From: Acidimicrobiales bacterium
GTDB lineage: Bacteria; Actinomycetota; Acidimicrobiia; Acidimicrobiales; VFJN01
Assembly (NCBI GenBank): GCA_035296625.1
Contig: DATHAO010000002.1
Span: 18,111-82,110, forward strand
Direction: 5' to 3'
Length of the DNA: 64,000 nt
Position 1 is the first letter of the stretch. Each line of letters opens with the position of its first letter. The notes beneath the pieces are model-generated. The model searched no databases and had not been told where the DNA came from. It saw only the letters and a program-made list of their open reading frames with translations. Shown here piece after piece: positions 16,742-26,522 of the stretch. A program made the translations under genes and the position numbers.

Positions 16742-18550
16742 TCAGCTGGCGGCCAGGCGCTTCTCGAGCGCCTCGAGCTGCTCCTTGAGGGCTGCCGGCA
16801 CGTGGTCGCCGAGCGACCGGTAGTGCTCCTCGAGCTGGGGCAGCTCCTGGCGCCAGGACTCGGGGTCGACGGCGACCAACTCGGCCAACGTGGACTCGTC
16901 GAGGTCGAGGCCGGAGGCGTCGATGGCCGTGGCCCCCGGCACCCGCCCGATCGGCGTGTCGACGACCTCGCCGGCGCCGTCGAGGCGCTCGACGACCCAC
17001 TTGAGCACCCGGCTGTTGTCGCCGAACCCGGGCCACAGGAACGAGCCGTCCTCGCCCCGGCGGAACCAGTTGACCCAGAACAGCTTCGGCAGCTTGGTGG
17101 AGTCGCCGGTCTTGCCGATCTCCAGCCAGTGGGCGAAGTAATCGCCCATGTTGTACCCGCAGAAGGGCAGCATGGCGAAGGGGTCGAACCGTAGCTTGCC
17201 CACCGCGCCGGTCTGGGCCGCCGTGGTCTCCGAGCTCATGATCGAGCCGAGGAACACGCCGTGGGTCCAGTCGAAGGACTCGGTCACGAGCGGCACGTTC
17301 GTGGCCCGACGCCCGCCGAACAGGATCGCCGAGATCGGCACACCCGCCGGGTCCTCCCACTCGGGGGAGATCGACGGGCATTGCGACGCCGGGGTGGTGA
17401 ACCGGGCGTTCGGGTGCGCGGCCGGGGCGTCGGACTCGGGCGTCCAGTCCTGGCGCTTCCAGTCGATCACATGGGCCGGCGGCTCGGAGAGGCCCTCCCA
17501 CCAGACGTCGCCGTCGTCGGTCTTCGCCACGTTCGTGAAGATCGAGTTGCCGTACAGCGTGCCGATGGCGTTCGGGTTGGTGTCCGCCCCGGTGCCCGGC
17601 GCCACCCCGAAGAACCCGTACTCGGGGTTGATGGCGCGCAGCGTGCCGTCGTCGCCGAACTTCATCCAGGCGATGTCGTCGCCGACCGTCTCGACCTTCC
17701 ACCCCGGCAGGGTCGGAATCATCATCGCCATGTTCGTCTTGCCGCACGCCGACGGGAACGCGGCGGCGATGTAGCGCTTCTCGCCCTCGGGCGGCGTTAT
17801 GCCGAGGATGAGCATGTGCTCGGCCAGCCAGCCGTCGTCGCGCGCCATCGTCGAGGCGATGCGCAAGGCGAAGCACTTCTTGCCCAGCAGGGCGTTGCCG
17901 CCGTAGCCCGAGCCGTACGACCAGATCTCGCGGGTCTCGGGGTAGTGGACGATGTACTTGCTGTCGGCGTCGCAGGGCCACGGCACGTCGTCGCGCCGGT
18001 TGCCCTCGGCATCCACGAGGGGGTAGCCGACCGAGTGCAGGCAGGGGACGAAGTCGCCGTCGGTGCCGAGCACGTCGAGCGGGCCCTGCCCCATGCGCGT
18101 CATGATCCTCATGCTGGCCGCCACGTAGGCCGAGTCGGTCAGCTGCACGCCGATGTGGGCGATCGGCGAGCCCAGCGGACCCATCGAGAACGGCACGACG
18201 TACATCGTGCGGCCCCGCATCGCTCCGGTGTAGAGGGCGACGAGCTCGTCGCGCATCTCACCCGGGTCCCGCCAGTTGTTCGTGGGTCCGGCGTCGTCGG
18301 GGCTCTCGCTGCAGATGAAGGTGCGGTCCTCGACGCGGGCGACATCACCCGGATCGGACAGCGCGAGGAAGCTGTTGGGACGCTTCTCGGAGTTCAGCCG
18401 CTCGAACGTGCCGCCCACGGTCAGCCGCTTGGTCAGGCGCTCCCACTCGGCGTCGGAGCCGTCGCACCACTCGACCCGGTCCGGTTGGAACACGCCTTCC
18501 CAGTGGGCGACCCAGTCGTTGAGCTTCTGGTTGCTGGTGGTTGCGGCCAT
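16742..18550 (-). CDS. pckG: phosphoenolpyruvate carboxykinase (GTP)
   Basis: 602 aa. Motifs FPSACGKTN and WMKF match the GTP-PEPCK family. GGAGGA SD. Confidence 0.95.
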   Translation of the reverse strand: MAATTSNQKLNDWVAHWEGVFQPDRVEWCDGSDAEWERLTKRLTVGGTFERLNSEKRPNSFLALSDPGDVARVEDRTFICSESPDDAGPTNNWRDPGEMRDELVALYTGAMRGRTMYVVPFSMGPLGSPIAHIGVQLTDSAYVAASMRIMTRMGQGPLDVLGTDGDFVPCLHSVGYPLVDAEGNRRDDVPWPCDADSKYIVHYPETREIWSYGSGYGGNALLGKKCFALRIASTMARDDGWLAEHMLILGITPPEGEKRYIAAAFPSACGKTNMAMMIPTLPGWKVETVGDDIAWMKFGDDGTLRAINPEYGFFGVAPGTGADTNPNAIGTLYGNSIFTNVAKTDDGDVWWEGLSEPPAHVIDWKRQDWTPESDAPAAHPNARFTTPASQCPSISPEWEDPAGVPISAILFGGRRATNVPLVTESFDWTHGVFLGSIMSSETTAAQTGAVGKLRFDPFAMLPFCGYNMGDYFAHWLEIGKTGDSTKLPKLFWVNWFRRGEDGSFLWPGFGDNSRVLKWVVERLDGAGEVVDTPIGRVPGATAIDASGLDLDESTLAELVAVDPESWRQELPQLEEHYRSLGDHVPAALKEQLEALEKRLAAS

Positions 18551-18602
18551 GATCCTCCGGTCGGTGTGCTCGTTGAGCCGGTCAGTCGGAGGCCGCGTGG
18601 GT

Positions 18603-18848
18603 TCACGGGGGCGTGCCGCGCTCGGGATCGAGCCCTGGCGTCCCCATGTCGACCTCCGACCCCAACCGCAGATGCGTGGCTTGGCCCTCGCCGTTGAGGT
18701 CGAAGATCACACGTTGTCCCTGACGCAAGAGGCGGAACACGGACCCGGACAGGGCGTCCGTGGCCAGGTCGACCTCGCTGAGGTCGGTGTCTCGCACGAC
18801 GATCCCGTCACCCGAGCCGGGGTCGTACGACTTGATCACGCCTTGCAC
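18603..18848 (-). CDS. small OB/cold-shock-like conserved hypothetical protein
   Basis: [28 protein letters not shown]...[14 protein letters not shown]. High GC3. AGGGAG lies 10 nt upstream of GTG 18848. The rest of ORF 18603..19481 is not coding-like. Confidence 0.5.
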   Translation of the reverse strand: MQGVIKSYDPGSGDGIVVRDTDLSEVDLATDALSGSVFRLLRQGQRVIFDLNGEGQATHLRLGSEVDMGTPGLDPERGTPP

Positions 18849-19026
18849 CTTGAAGGGACTCCCTTGTGTTCGCGGGTTCGCCACGATTGGGTGCACGCCA
18901 CCGTACCGGAACCGTCGGTAACGCGACCAATGCCGTTCGCGGTGGCGGTGCAACCCCTCTCTCGGGGTCGGGGCGTCGCGTCCGTGTCCGCCTCGTGACC
19001 GCACGGTGTCTGACCTGCGGGCGAAC

Positions 19027-19059
19027 GCGACTGGGGCGCCCGGCGGGCGCCCCAGTCGC
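19027..19059 (-). terminator. strong GC hairpin downstream of rpmB
   Basis: gcgactggggcgccc-ggc-gggcgccccagtcgc, a perfect 15-bp stem. Confidence 0.7.
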
Positions 19060-19090
19060 ACGATGTCGGCGAACGCCGCGGCGCCCGGAC

Positions 19091-19285
19091 TCAGTGGACG
19101 AGCTTGGTGACCTTCCCGGCCTTGATGCAGCCGGTGCAGACGTGAACGCGCTTGGGAGAGCCGTTCACGACAGCGCGGATGCGCTGGACGTTGGGGTTCC
19201 AGCGGCGCTTGGTGCGGCGGTGCGAGTGGCTGACGCTCATGCCCCAGGACGGGTGCTTGCCGCACACCTCGCAGACGGCTGCCAT
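19091..19285 (-). CDS. rpmB: 50S ribosomal protein L28
   Basis: [34 protein letters not shown] matches the L28 signature. Confidence 0.9.
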   Translation of the reverse strand: MAAVCEVCGKHPSWGMSVSHSHRRTKRRWNPNVQRIRAVVNGSPKRVHVCTGCIKAGKVTKLVH

Positions 19286-19390
19286 GACGGATACCTCGGG
19301 TCTTGGATCGAGAAGGGAACCGGATGACACTACCGGCGGTCCGGAGGTGGCGACAACTCACCGAGGTGCTGCGGTCAGGGGCGCGTCCCC

Positions 19391-19396
19391 TAGCAT
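19391..19396 (+). promoter_or_regulatory. predicted -10 element of a leaderless promoter for the DAK2/YloV gene
   Basis: TAGCAT, 7 nt, GTG 19404. Same 19-mer as at 6045-6063. Confidence 0.5.
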
Positions 19397-19403
19397 CGCC
19401 CGG

Positions 19404-21080
19404 GTGACCGCCCTCGAGCACCTGGGTGCTGCCGAGCTGCGCGCGGTGGTGGACGCCTACCGCGACGCTCTGGCCGCGCACCGCGAGCCCATCAACCGCC
19501 TCAACGTATACCCGGTCCCCGACGGCGACACCGGCACGAACATGGCGCTGACGCTCAGTTCGGTGAGCGACGAGCTGGCCGGGGTCGAGGGCGACGACCT
19601 GTCAGCGGTGTGCCGGGCCGTGGCCCACGGCTCGCTGATGGGGGCCCGTGGCAACTCGGGCGTGATCCTCAGCCAAGTGCTCCGGGGGCTCGTGGGCGCC
19701 GCCGAAGAGGCCGGCGGCCTCGACGGTCCCGGCCTCGCCCGGGCGCTGCGGGCTGCGTCCGACGCGGCCTACCAGGCCGTGATGCGCCCGGTCGAAGGCA
19801 CGATCCTGACAGTCGTCCGCAGCGCCGCCGAGGCCGCCGAGGCGGCGGTGGCCGCCGGCGGCGAGGCCGCCATCGAGCTGGTCGGGGTGCTCGACGCCGC
19901 GAGCGTCCGCGCCCACGAGTCGCTCGAGCAGACCCCCGAGCTGCTGCCGGTGCTGGCCGACGCGGGCGTCGTCGACGCCGGCGGCACGGGGTTCGTGCTG
20001 CTGATCGACGCGTTCCTGGCCGTGGTCGACGGGCGCCCGGTGCCCGAGCCGCGCATCGGCGAGGGCGCGGTGCGCAGCGACGCGCACTTCGTCATGCACA
20101 CCGCCGACGACCACGGCGACGGCTCCGGCCCGCGCTACGAGGTCATGTACTTCCTCGATGCCGATGACGGCGCCATCCCCGCGTTCAAGGACGTGTGGGC
20201 CGGCATCGGCGACTCGATCGTGGTGGTGGGCGGCGACGGCCTGTGGAACTGCCACATCCACACCGACGACATCGGCGCGTCCATCGAGGCCGCGTTCGAT
20301 GCCGGCCGGCCCTGCAAGATCCGCGTCACCGACCTCCACGAGCAGGTCGAGGAGGAGCGTTGGGTCCGCGACGCCACCGAGACCGGCGGCGTCGTCGACG
20401 AGCCGCCCCACGCCAGCGAGCCGGTCACGACCGCCGTGGTGGCCGTGGCCGCCGGTGACGGCATCAAGCGCATCTTCTACAGCCTCGGGGTGCAGGGCAT
20501 CGTGGCCGGCGGCCAGTCGATGAACCCGTCGACGGCCGAGCTGCTCGAGATCGTCGAGCGGGTCCCCGCCGAGCAGGTGGTCATCCTGCCGAACAACAAG
20601 AACATCATCCCGGTGGCCGAGCAGGTCGACGCCCAGACGGGGCGCCGGGTGAAGGTCGTGCCCACCCGGGGCATCGCGGAGGCGTTCGCGGCCCTCATGG
20701 CCTACGACCCCGAGTCGCCGGCCGACGAGAACGCGAAGGAGATGGCGGCGCTGGCCACCAACGTCGTGGCGGGCGAGGTCACTCGGGCGGTGCGCGAGTC
20801 GACCTGCGACATCGGCCCGATCCGCGAGGGCGACTACCTGGGCATCGCCGCCGACGGCATCCGGGCCGTGGAGGCCAGCGTGGCCGCGGCGATGATCGGG
20901 CTGCTCGACGCCCTGGTGGCCGACGGCCACGAGATCGTCACGCTGATCGAGGGCGAGGGCGCTACCCCGGCCGACACGCGCCAGATCACCGAGTGGCTCG
21001 CCGAGCACCGCCCCGACGTGTCGCCCGAGGTCCACCACGGCGGCCAGCCGCTCTACCCCTACCTCGTCGGGATCGAGTGA
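19404..21080 (+). CDS. DAK2-domain fusion protein (YloV family)
   Basis: LNVYPVPDGDTGTNM DAK2 motif plus the YloV C-terminal domain. Conserved position beside rpmB and recG. Confidence 0.9.
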   Translation: MTALEHLGAAELRAVVDAYRDALAAHREPINRLNVYPVPDGDTGTNMALTLSSVSDELAGVEGDDLSAVCRAVAHGSLMGARGNSGVILSQVLRGLVGAAEEAGGLDGPGLARALRAASDAAYQAVMRPVEGTILTVVRSAAEAAEAAVAAGGEAAIELVGVLDAASVRAHESLEQTPELLPVLADAGVVDAGGTGFVLLIDAFLAVVDGRPVPEPRIGEGAVRSDAHFVMHTADDHGDGSGPRYEVMYFLDADDGAIPAFKDVWAGIGDSIVVVGGDGLWNCHIHTDDIGASIEAAFDAGRPCKIRVTDLHEQVEEERWVRDATETGGVVDEPPHASEPVTTAVVAVAAGDGIKRIFYSLGVQGIVAGGQSMNPSTAELLEIVERVPAEQVVILPNNKNIIPVAEQVDAQTGRRVKVVPTRGIAEAFAALMAYDPESPADENAKEMAALATNVVAGEVTRAVRESTCDIGPIREGDYLGIAADGIRAVEASVAAAMIGLLDALVADGHEIVTLIEGEGATPADTRQITEWLAEHRPDVSPEVHHGGQPLYPYLVGIE

Positions 21081-21098
21081 CACGGGGGTGACCCGCAC

Positions 21099-23237
21099 GT
21101 GAGCGACGGAGCGATCACGCTGCGCGAGCTCGACGGGATGCCGGTCACGCGCCTGAAAGGCGTGGGTGACAAAAAGGCCGAGGGCCTGGCCATGGTCGGC
21201 GTCGAGACGCTCGCCGACCTGCTCACCTTCTACCCGCGGCGCTACGTCGACCGCACGAACGAGGCTCGCATCCGCGACCTGGTGGTCGGCGAGGAGGCGA
21301 TGGTCATAGTCACCGTCGAGCGCACCCAGGCGCGCCGCACCCGGGGCCGGCCGCCGAAGACGCTCGTGCTGGCTGACGTGAGCGACGCCAGCGGCCGCCT
21401 GCGGGTGTCGTTCTTCAACCAGGCCTGGCGCGAGCGCCAGCTGCGGCCCGGCACGACCGTGGCACTGTTCGGCAAGCTCGACGTCTACAAGGGCGCGAAG
21501 CAGATGACGAACCCGATCGTCGACCTGATCGGCGACAAGACCGGGCGGATCGTGCCGATCTACCCGCAGTCCGAGAAAGCCGGGCTGTCCACCTGGGAGG
21601 TGGGCGACTGGGTGGCGGAGGCCCTGCGGCGCTCGGCGGTCCGGGGTCTGGCCGACCCCGTGCCGGAGTGGGTTCTCGACCGCTACGACCTCATCACCCG
21701 CGCCGAGGCGTTCGCCGGCATCCACGCTCCCGACTCCATGCGTCACATGCAGGCCGCCCGGAAGCGCCTGGTGCTCGACGAGCTGCTGCGGGTGCAGCTC
21801 GCCCTGGTCCAGCGGAAGCGCCAGATCGAGCGTACGGCCCCCGGCCTGTCCCACACGCTCGATGGCCCGCTCGTCGAGGCGTTCCGGGCCCGGCTGCCCT
21901 TCGCCCTCACCGACGACCAGGGGGCCGCCATCGCGGAGATCGCCACCGACCTGGCCGCCCCCCATCCCATGCACCGACTGCTCCAGGGGGACGTCGGCAG
22001 CGGGAAGACGGTCGTCGCCGTGGCCACGCTGCTGGCGGCCGTGCAGGGCGGGCACCAGGGCGCGTTCATGGCGCCGACCGAGGTGCTGGCCGAGCAGCAC
22101 GCCCAGGGCATCCGGGCGCTGCTCGACGGGGTGGAGGTGCCCGACGACGGCACGTCGCTGTTCGGGGCCCGGCCCGTGCGGGTCGAGCTGCTGACGAATC
22201 GGGTGCCGGGGTCCGACCGGCGCCGCATCCTGGCCGGGCTGGCGGCCGGCGAGGTCGACGTGGCGATCGGGACCCACGCGCTCATACAGGACGAGGTCGC
22301 CTTCCGCTCGCTCGGCGTCGCCGTCATCGACGAGCAGCACCGCTTCGGGGTGGAGCAGCGGGCGGCGCTGCGCGACAAGTCCGGCAGCGGGGCCGTGCCC
22401 GACGTGCTCGTCATGACCGCCACGCCCATCCCGCGCTCGGCGGCGATGACGGTCTACGGTGACCTCGACGTCACCGTCATCCGCTCCCGGCCCGCGGGCC
22501 GGCAGCCGATCGTCACCCGCTGGGCCCGCACCGAGGCCGACGAGGTCGACGTCTGGGACGCCGTGCGCCGCGAGGTGGCCGCCGGTCGCCAGGCCTACGT
22601 GGTCTGCCCGCTCATCGAGGAGTCCGAGAAGCTCGAGGCCCGCTCGGCCGAGGACACCTACGCCGAGCTGGCCGCCGGCGAGCTGTCCGAGGTGCGGCTC
22701 GGGCTGCTGCACGGCCGGCTGGCCCCCGCCGACAAGGACGGCGTGATGGCCCGGTTCCGGGCCCGAGAGCTCGACGTCCTCGTGGCCACCACGGTCATCG
22801 AGGTGGGCGTCGACGTGCCCAACGCCACGGTCATGGCGATCCTCGACGCCGACCGCTTCGGCATCGCCCAGCTTCACCAGCTGCGGGGCCGGGTGGGGCG
22901 CGGGAGCGAGGCGTCATGGTGCTACCTGGTCAGCCGGTCGGACACGCCGGAGGCCGAGGCCCGGCTGGGGGCGCTCGTCGGGTCCGATGACGGGTTCGAG
23001 CTGGCGGAGGTCGACCTCGACCTGCGGGGGGAAGGCACGATCATGGGCGAGCGCCAGAAGGGCCGCAGCGACCTCAAGCTGGCGTCGCTGCGACGTGACC
23101 GCTCGTGGGTCGAGCGGGCCCGCGAGGTGGCGTTCGCCATCGTCGACGGCGACGGGCTCGACGCCCACCCCGACCTGGCCGACGAGGTCGGCCTCCTCCT
23201 CGACGACGTCGACCAGGAGTTCCTGCTCAAGGGCTGA
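21099..23237 (+). CDS. recG: ATP-dependent DNA helicase RecG
   Basis: Wedge/OB N-terminus, GDVGSGKT Walker A, DEQHRFG, TATPIPR, QLHQLRGRVGRG. Confidence 0.95.
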   Translation: MSDGAITLRELDGMPVTRLKGVGDKKAEGLAMVGVETLADLLTFYPRRYVDRTNEARIRDLVVGEEAMVIVTVERTQARRTRGRPPKTLVLADVSDASGRLRVSFFNQAWRERQLRPGTTVALFGKLDVYKGAKQMTNPIVDLIGDKTGRIVPIYPQSEKAGLSTWEVGDWVAEALRRSAVRGLADPVPEWVLDRYDLITRAEAFAGIHAPDSMRHMQAARKRLVLDELLRVQLALVQRKRQIERTAPGLSHTLDGPLVEAFRARLPFALTDDQGAAIAEIATDLAAPHPMHRLLQGDVGSGKTVVAVATLLAAVQGGHQGAFMAPTEVLAEQHAQGIRALLDGVEVPDDGTSLFGARPVRVELLTNRVPGSDRRRILAGLAAGEVDVAIGTHALIQDEVAFRSLGVAVIDEQHRFGVEQRAALRDKSGSGAVPDVLVMTATPIPRSAAMTVYGDLDVTVIRSRPAGRQPIVTRWARTEADEVDVWDAVRREVAAGRQAYVVCPLIEESEKLEARSAEDTYAELAAGELSEVRLGLLHGRLAPADKDGVMARFRARELDVLVATTVIEVGVDVPNATVMAILDADRFGIAQLHQLRGRVGRGSEASWCYLVSRSDTPEAEARLGALVGSDDGFELAEVDLDLRGEGTIMGERQKGRSDLKLASLRRDRSWVERAREVAFAIVDGDGLDAHPDLADEVGLLLDDVDQEFLLKG

Positions 23238-23274
23238 CTCGCCGCCATGGCGGTGCTTTCAACAGGGGGCCAGG

Positions 23275-23523
23275 TCACTCCGCCGCCCCCTCGGTCGTCA
23301 GCCGGTCCTCAGGCGTCGCCTTCAACGCCCGCTCCACAGCGAGCCGGATCCGGTCCTCATCGCCCGGCCACAGGCCGGAATACAGCTTCAACGTCGTGAA
23401 TTGGGCGGTGAGCGCCGACCTTGTCGACGACCTCGAGCTCGACGCCCCCGTGACCTGGCCGACCCGCCTGCTGCGCTCGACGGCCTGTGGGCCGACAAGT
23501 AGTGTTCCGAGCCACAGAGCCAC
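23275..23523 (-). CDS. possible 82-aa orphan ORF or gene remnant
   Basis: About 85% GC3 by hand count. Ends ...FTTLKLYSGLWPGDEDRIRLAVERALKATPEDRLTTEGAAE. GTG 23523 has no SD. No family recognised. Confidence 0.25.
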   Translation of the reverse strand: MALWLGTLLVGPQAVERSRRVGQVTGASSSRSSTRSALTAQFTTLKLYSGLWPGDEDRIRLAVERALKATPEDRLTTEGAAE

Positions 23524-23544
23524 AGGACTCGAGGGGGATGCACT

Positions 23545-24366
23545 ATGCACCGGATCGTTGGTCGTCGCGCGCTGCTTCTGATCCCGCTGCTCGCCGCGGT
23601 GCTCCTGCTGCTCCTCCCTGTGCCGGCCAGCGCCATCACCAATGGTGAGCCGGACGACGGTGCCCATCCCTACGTCGGAATCATCTTCAACGTCGACACC
23701 TTCTGCACCGGCACGCTGCTCTCGCCCACGGTCTTCCTGACCGCCGGGCATTGCACGGTGCTCTTCGAGGGCACCCCGACCTACGTCACGTTCGAGTCGG
23801 AGCCCGTCGTCAACCCGGATCCCACCCAACCCTGGTTCTACACGGACAATGCCGTCGCGGTGGCCGACGTCTACACCATGGAGGGCTACGGCGAGGTGTT
23901 CCCGCAGTTGACCGGTTACTCCCGTAACGACCTCGGGATCGCAATCCTCGCCGAACCGGTCTACATGGAGACCTACGGGGCGCTCCCGGATGAGGGCCTG
24001 GCCTCCTCGTTCACGAGCAGTCAGACGTTCACCGCAGTGGGCTACGGGGTCCAGGAGTTCGCATCCGGCCCGGGTGGCCGGCAGGTCAGCGAGTACGGCA
24101 CCCGGTACCGGGCGACGGAGCGGCTGATCAGCATCCCGGCCGGGCAGTCCCAGGTCGGTGAGGAGTTCTTGCACTTGACGAGCAACCCCGGCGGCGGCAA
24201 GGGCGGCACCTGCTTCGGCGACTCGGGTGGGCCGGTCTTCCTCGACGACACCAATGTCATCGTGGGGGTCAACGCCTTCGTCACCAACTACAACTGCGCC
24301 GGACAGAACTACGCCACCCGCGTGGACACGGCGGAGGCCCTCGCCTTCATCACCCAGTTCCTGTAG
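23545..24366 (+). CDS. secreted trypsin-like (S1 family) serine protease
   Basis: Signal peptide, ITNGEP mature start, catalytic triad contexts TAGHC, NDLGI, GDSGGP. Visibly lower GC3 than neighbouring genes. Confidence 0.85.
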   Translation: MHRIVGRRALLLIPLLAAVLLLLLPVPASAITNGEPDDGAHPYVGIIFNVDTFCTGTLLSPTVFLTAGHCTVLFEGTPTYVTFESEPVVNPDPTQPWFYTDNAVAVADVYTMEGYGEVFPQLTGYSRNDLGIAILAEPVYMETYGALPDEGLASSFTSSQTFTAVGYGVQEFASGPGGRQVSEYGTRYRATERLISIPAGQSQVGEEFLHLTSNPGGGKGGTCFGDSGGPVFLDDTNVIVGVNAFVTNYNCAGQNYATRVDTAEALAFITQFL

Positions 24367-24480
24367 GGCTGCGCGACCGTCTCTTGACGTGGCCGCCTCC
24401 ACCCCTCCCTGGACGCGGGGGGTCCATCAGGTCCTGTGGCGTCGGGCCAGTTCGTCCATCCCTAGCGACACGTAATAGTT

Positions 24481-24510
24481 CCGGCCGGCCGAGCGGAATC
24501 GGCCGGCCGG
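24481..24510. terminator. perfect 12-bp GC hairpin between convergent genes
   Basis: ccggccggccga-gcggaa-tcggccggccgg. Confidence 0.55.
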
Positions 24511-24600
24511 ACCCGCGTCGCGCTCAGGCGGCGTCGATCGCCGATCGGACGGTTTGCACCGGCGTGCGGACGGCAACGGGCGCCTATGGACGGGATGCTC

Positions 24601-25383
24601 CTAGTAGCGGAGGTCGGCGAGCACGCCGTAGTGGTCGGACAGCTGGGGCTGATCCGCTGCGACGACCCCGAGGAGCTCGCAATGGGTCGGATGACCGACG
24701 GCGCTCGCCCGGGGCCAGGCGGACAGCACGTAGTCGAAGCGCCGATCGGGATACATGGCTACGGCCGCAAGGGGGTTCTGATTGGACCAGGTGACGCCGG
24801 GCGTCCCGTCGCCGGCGATCTCCCAGGCGTCATAGAACACCAGGCCGGGAGCGGCGGTCGCGGACCGGCCGGTCAGCATGCGGATCTCGTCGGCGTCGGG
24901 CCCGGCGTTGAAGTCGCCGCAGACCACAGTCGGGTGGCGGCGGCGGGTCCGCTCCTGAACGAAGCCGGCCAACTGACGTACCTGGGCCTGCCGCAGGACG
25001 CTGGCGTCGAGCGGTGCGTCCAGCATCACCACGAAGAGCTGGATGAGCCCGCGGTCGCCCTCGAGTGTCGTGAACAAGGCCTCTCCAAGCCCGGAGCCGT
25101 CCTGGCCTCGCAGAGGGCGGCGTTCGTGCGTTGCGATGGGCCAGCTTGAGACAAGGCCGATCCCCGACACCCCAGTCCTCCTGCTGCCAGTCGCCGACGA
25201 AGAGGCTGTGCTGGAGGCCCAGTCGCTTCCCGATCAGCTCGGCTTGGTTCGCCTGCGGACCCGACCAGGACTCCACCAGGCACACCACATCAGGTGCCAC
25301 CGTCGCCAAGGTCTCCTCGATCATGGCCTGGCGCCCCTGCCAAGCCCGTAGCGCCCCCAGACGTTCCAGGTGACGACGCGCAT
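24601..25383 (-). pseudogene. endonuclease/exonuclease/phosphatase (EEP) family gene disrupted by two frameshifts
   Basis: Three consecutive frames carry one EEP protein. MRVVTWNVWGRYG runs 25383 to the stop at 25321-25323. (A)WQGRQAMIEETLATVAPDVVCLVESW...DWGVG is the 25324 frame. IGLVSSWPI...VVCGDFNAGPD...SDHYGVLADL is the frame ending at 24601. The junctions are at about 25345 and at the C/G run 25162-25165. Confidence 0.7.
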
Positions 25384-25470
25384 CGTCGTCCCGACGACCG
25401 GCCCATAGGGCTCATACGGGTCGATGCCCACCCCTGCAGCGTGTCACCACGGAGGGTCCCGTGCCGTCGA

Positions 25471-25844
25471 CTACCCCGCGCACATGGCCGCCCTGGCGTC
25501 TCCTTCGAGCACACTCCACGAGACGTGTGCGGTGTCGATGTCCACCGTGACCGAGACGACACGGGCGCCGGCCGGGCTTGCCAGCACGATGTTGCGGTAG
25601 CCGGGAGCCGGGAGTGCCACGCCTGAGCCCCCTACCGACGTAGCCGTGCGCGAACCGACCATCCATCGCGTCTCGATGGGAACGAGGTCGCGCCCAGCAC
25701 GCTCGTGATGCGGAAGCGGTCGGCCGGTCGCACCTGAACGGGCGGCTCCTGACGTGCGAGCTTGCTCGCGGCGCACACGGTCGCGGCCGGCGTTCGGACA
25801 ACGCCGAACACGTCTGCGCCGGCGCCGCGAGTCAGCGCCGCCAC
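25471..25844 (-). pseudogene. unknown ~125-aa gene apparently split by one frameshift
   Basis: High-GC3 coding signal switches frame near 25675-25687: ...PVQVRPADRFRITSVLGATSF | PIETRWMVGS...RNIVLASPAGARVVSVTVDIDTAHVSWSVLEGDA. No family recognised. Confidence 0.4.
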
Positions 25845-25881
25845 GGTCGTCGGGGCGTGGCGGAGGTCGACCAGCAGCGGG

Positions 25882-26307
25882 TCAGTTGGGCGCCGTCACC
25901 TCGCTGGACTCGACATGTGTGACGGGGAGGTCAACCTCGCGGCGGATGCGGCTCACGGCGTCGAGGTGGAGCCACCGCGATGCGCCGGAGGGCAGCGTCG
26001 AGACGATGACGCCGTCGTAGCGGAAAGGTGAGGTGCGCAGGGCGGTGGTCACGGCGTAGACGGGGTTGGCGTCGCCGATCTCGCCGCTCACCTCGAAACC
26101 GAGCGCTCGGAAGGCGGTGAGGCCCTCCTCGAGCCTGGCGCGGGCCGCGGTCTCGACCTCGCCGTCGGTCCAGGCGTGGTTGGCCGGATGCCGCACCGGC
26201 ACGACGAGGTGCAGATGGCACTCGTCCGGCGGCCCCAGCGTCCTCACGTGGTCGATCAGCGACCGGCCGACCAGCGTGCGGTGGGCGACGACCAGGTAGG
26301 TGCGCAT
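25882..26307 (-). CDS. conserved actinobacterial USP/HUP-like hypothetical protein
   Basis: MRTYLVVAHRTL.G..L...V........HLHLVVPV...W.......A...L......G....G.IGD.NPV.A....DGVIVSTLP...SRWL. I recall this recurring pattern, but its function is unknown. GAGGAGGG SD. Confidence 0.7.
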   Translation of the reverse strand: MRTYLVVAHRTLVGRSLIDHVRTLGPPDECHLHLVVPVRHPANHAWTDGEVETAARARLEEGLTAFRALGFEVSGEIGDANPVYAVTTALRTSPFRYDGVIVSTLPSGASRWLHLDAVSRIRREVDLPVTHVESSEVTAPN

Positions 26308-26522
26308 GTGGCCCTCCTCGGGTGGCCCCGAGGCGACGCCCGGCTGTGTCACCACGGGGTTCGATCATGTTGCCACGGGTGAGGGCGGACATGGGGCCCG
26401 CTGTGGATCGCCGTCCGGTGATCGGTGATTCGGAGCACCGTGCCGACGATCGGTGGCCGCTCGGACCGTCGAGGAGGACGCCGTCGGCCTCGCCGGATCG
26501 CACGCTGTGGGACGCTGGCTGG

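Noticed and set aside
19602-22877. 1091-aa minus-strand ORF antisense to the YloV and recG genes. Similar cases: 46231..49746 antisense to smc, 3326..5293 and 3526..5805 over the helicase, and 244..1767 over the S1 tail.
   Set aside because: Long stop-free antisense and shifted frames are expected at this GC content. Their translations are Arg/Pro/Gly/Ala low complexity with no motifs, while the sense frames carry unambiguous family signatures.
26308-26522. Heptamer direct repeat GGTGATC-GGTGATT (26417-26430) and a second GATCGGTG (26448) as binding sites for the wHTH regulators.
   Set aside because: There are only two or three short copies with irregular spacing, and I could find no matching copies upstream of the cNMP-binding gene. 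This is too weak to call without a motif search.
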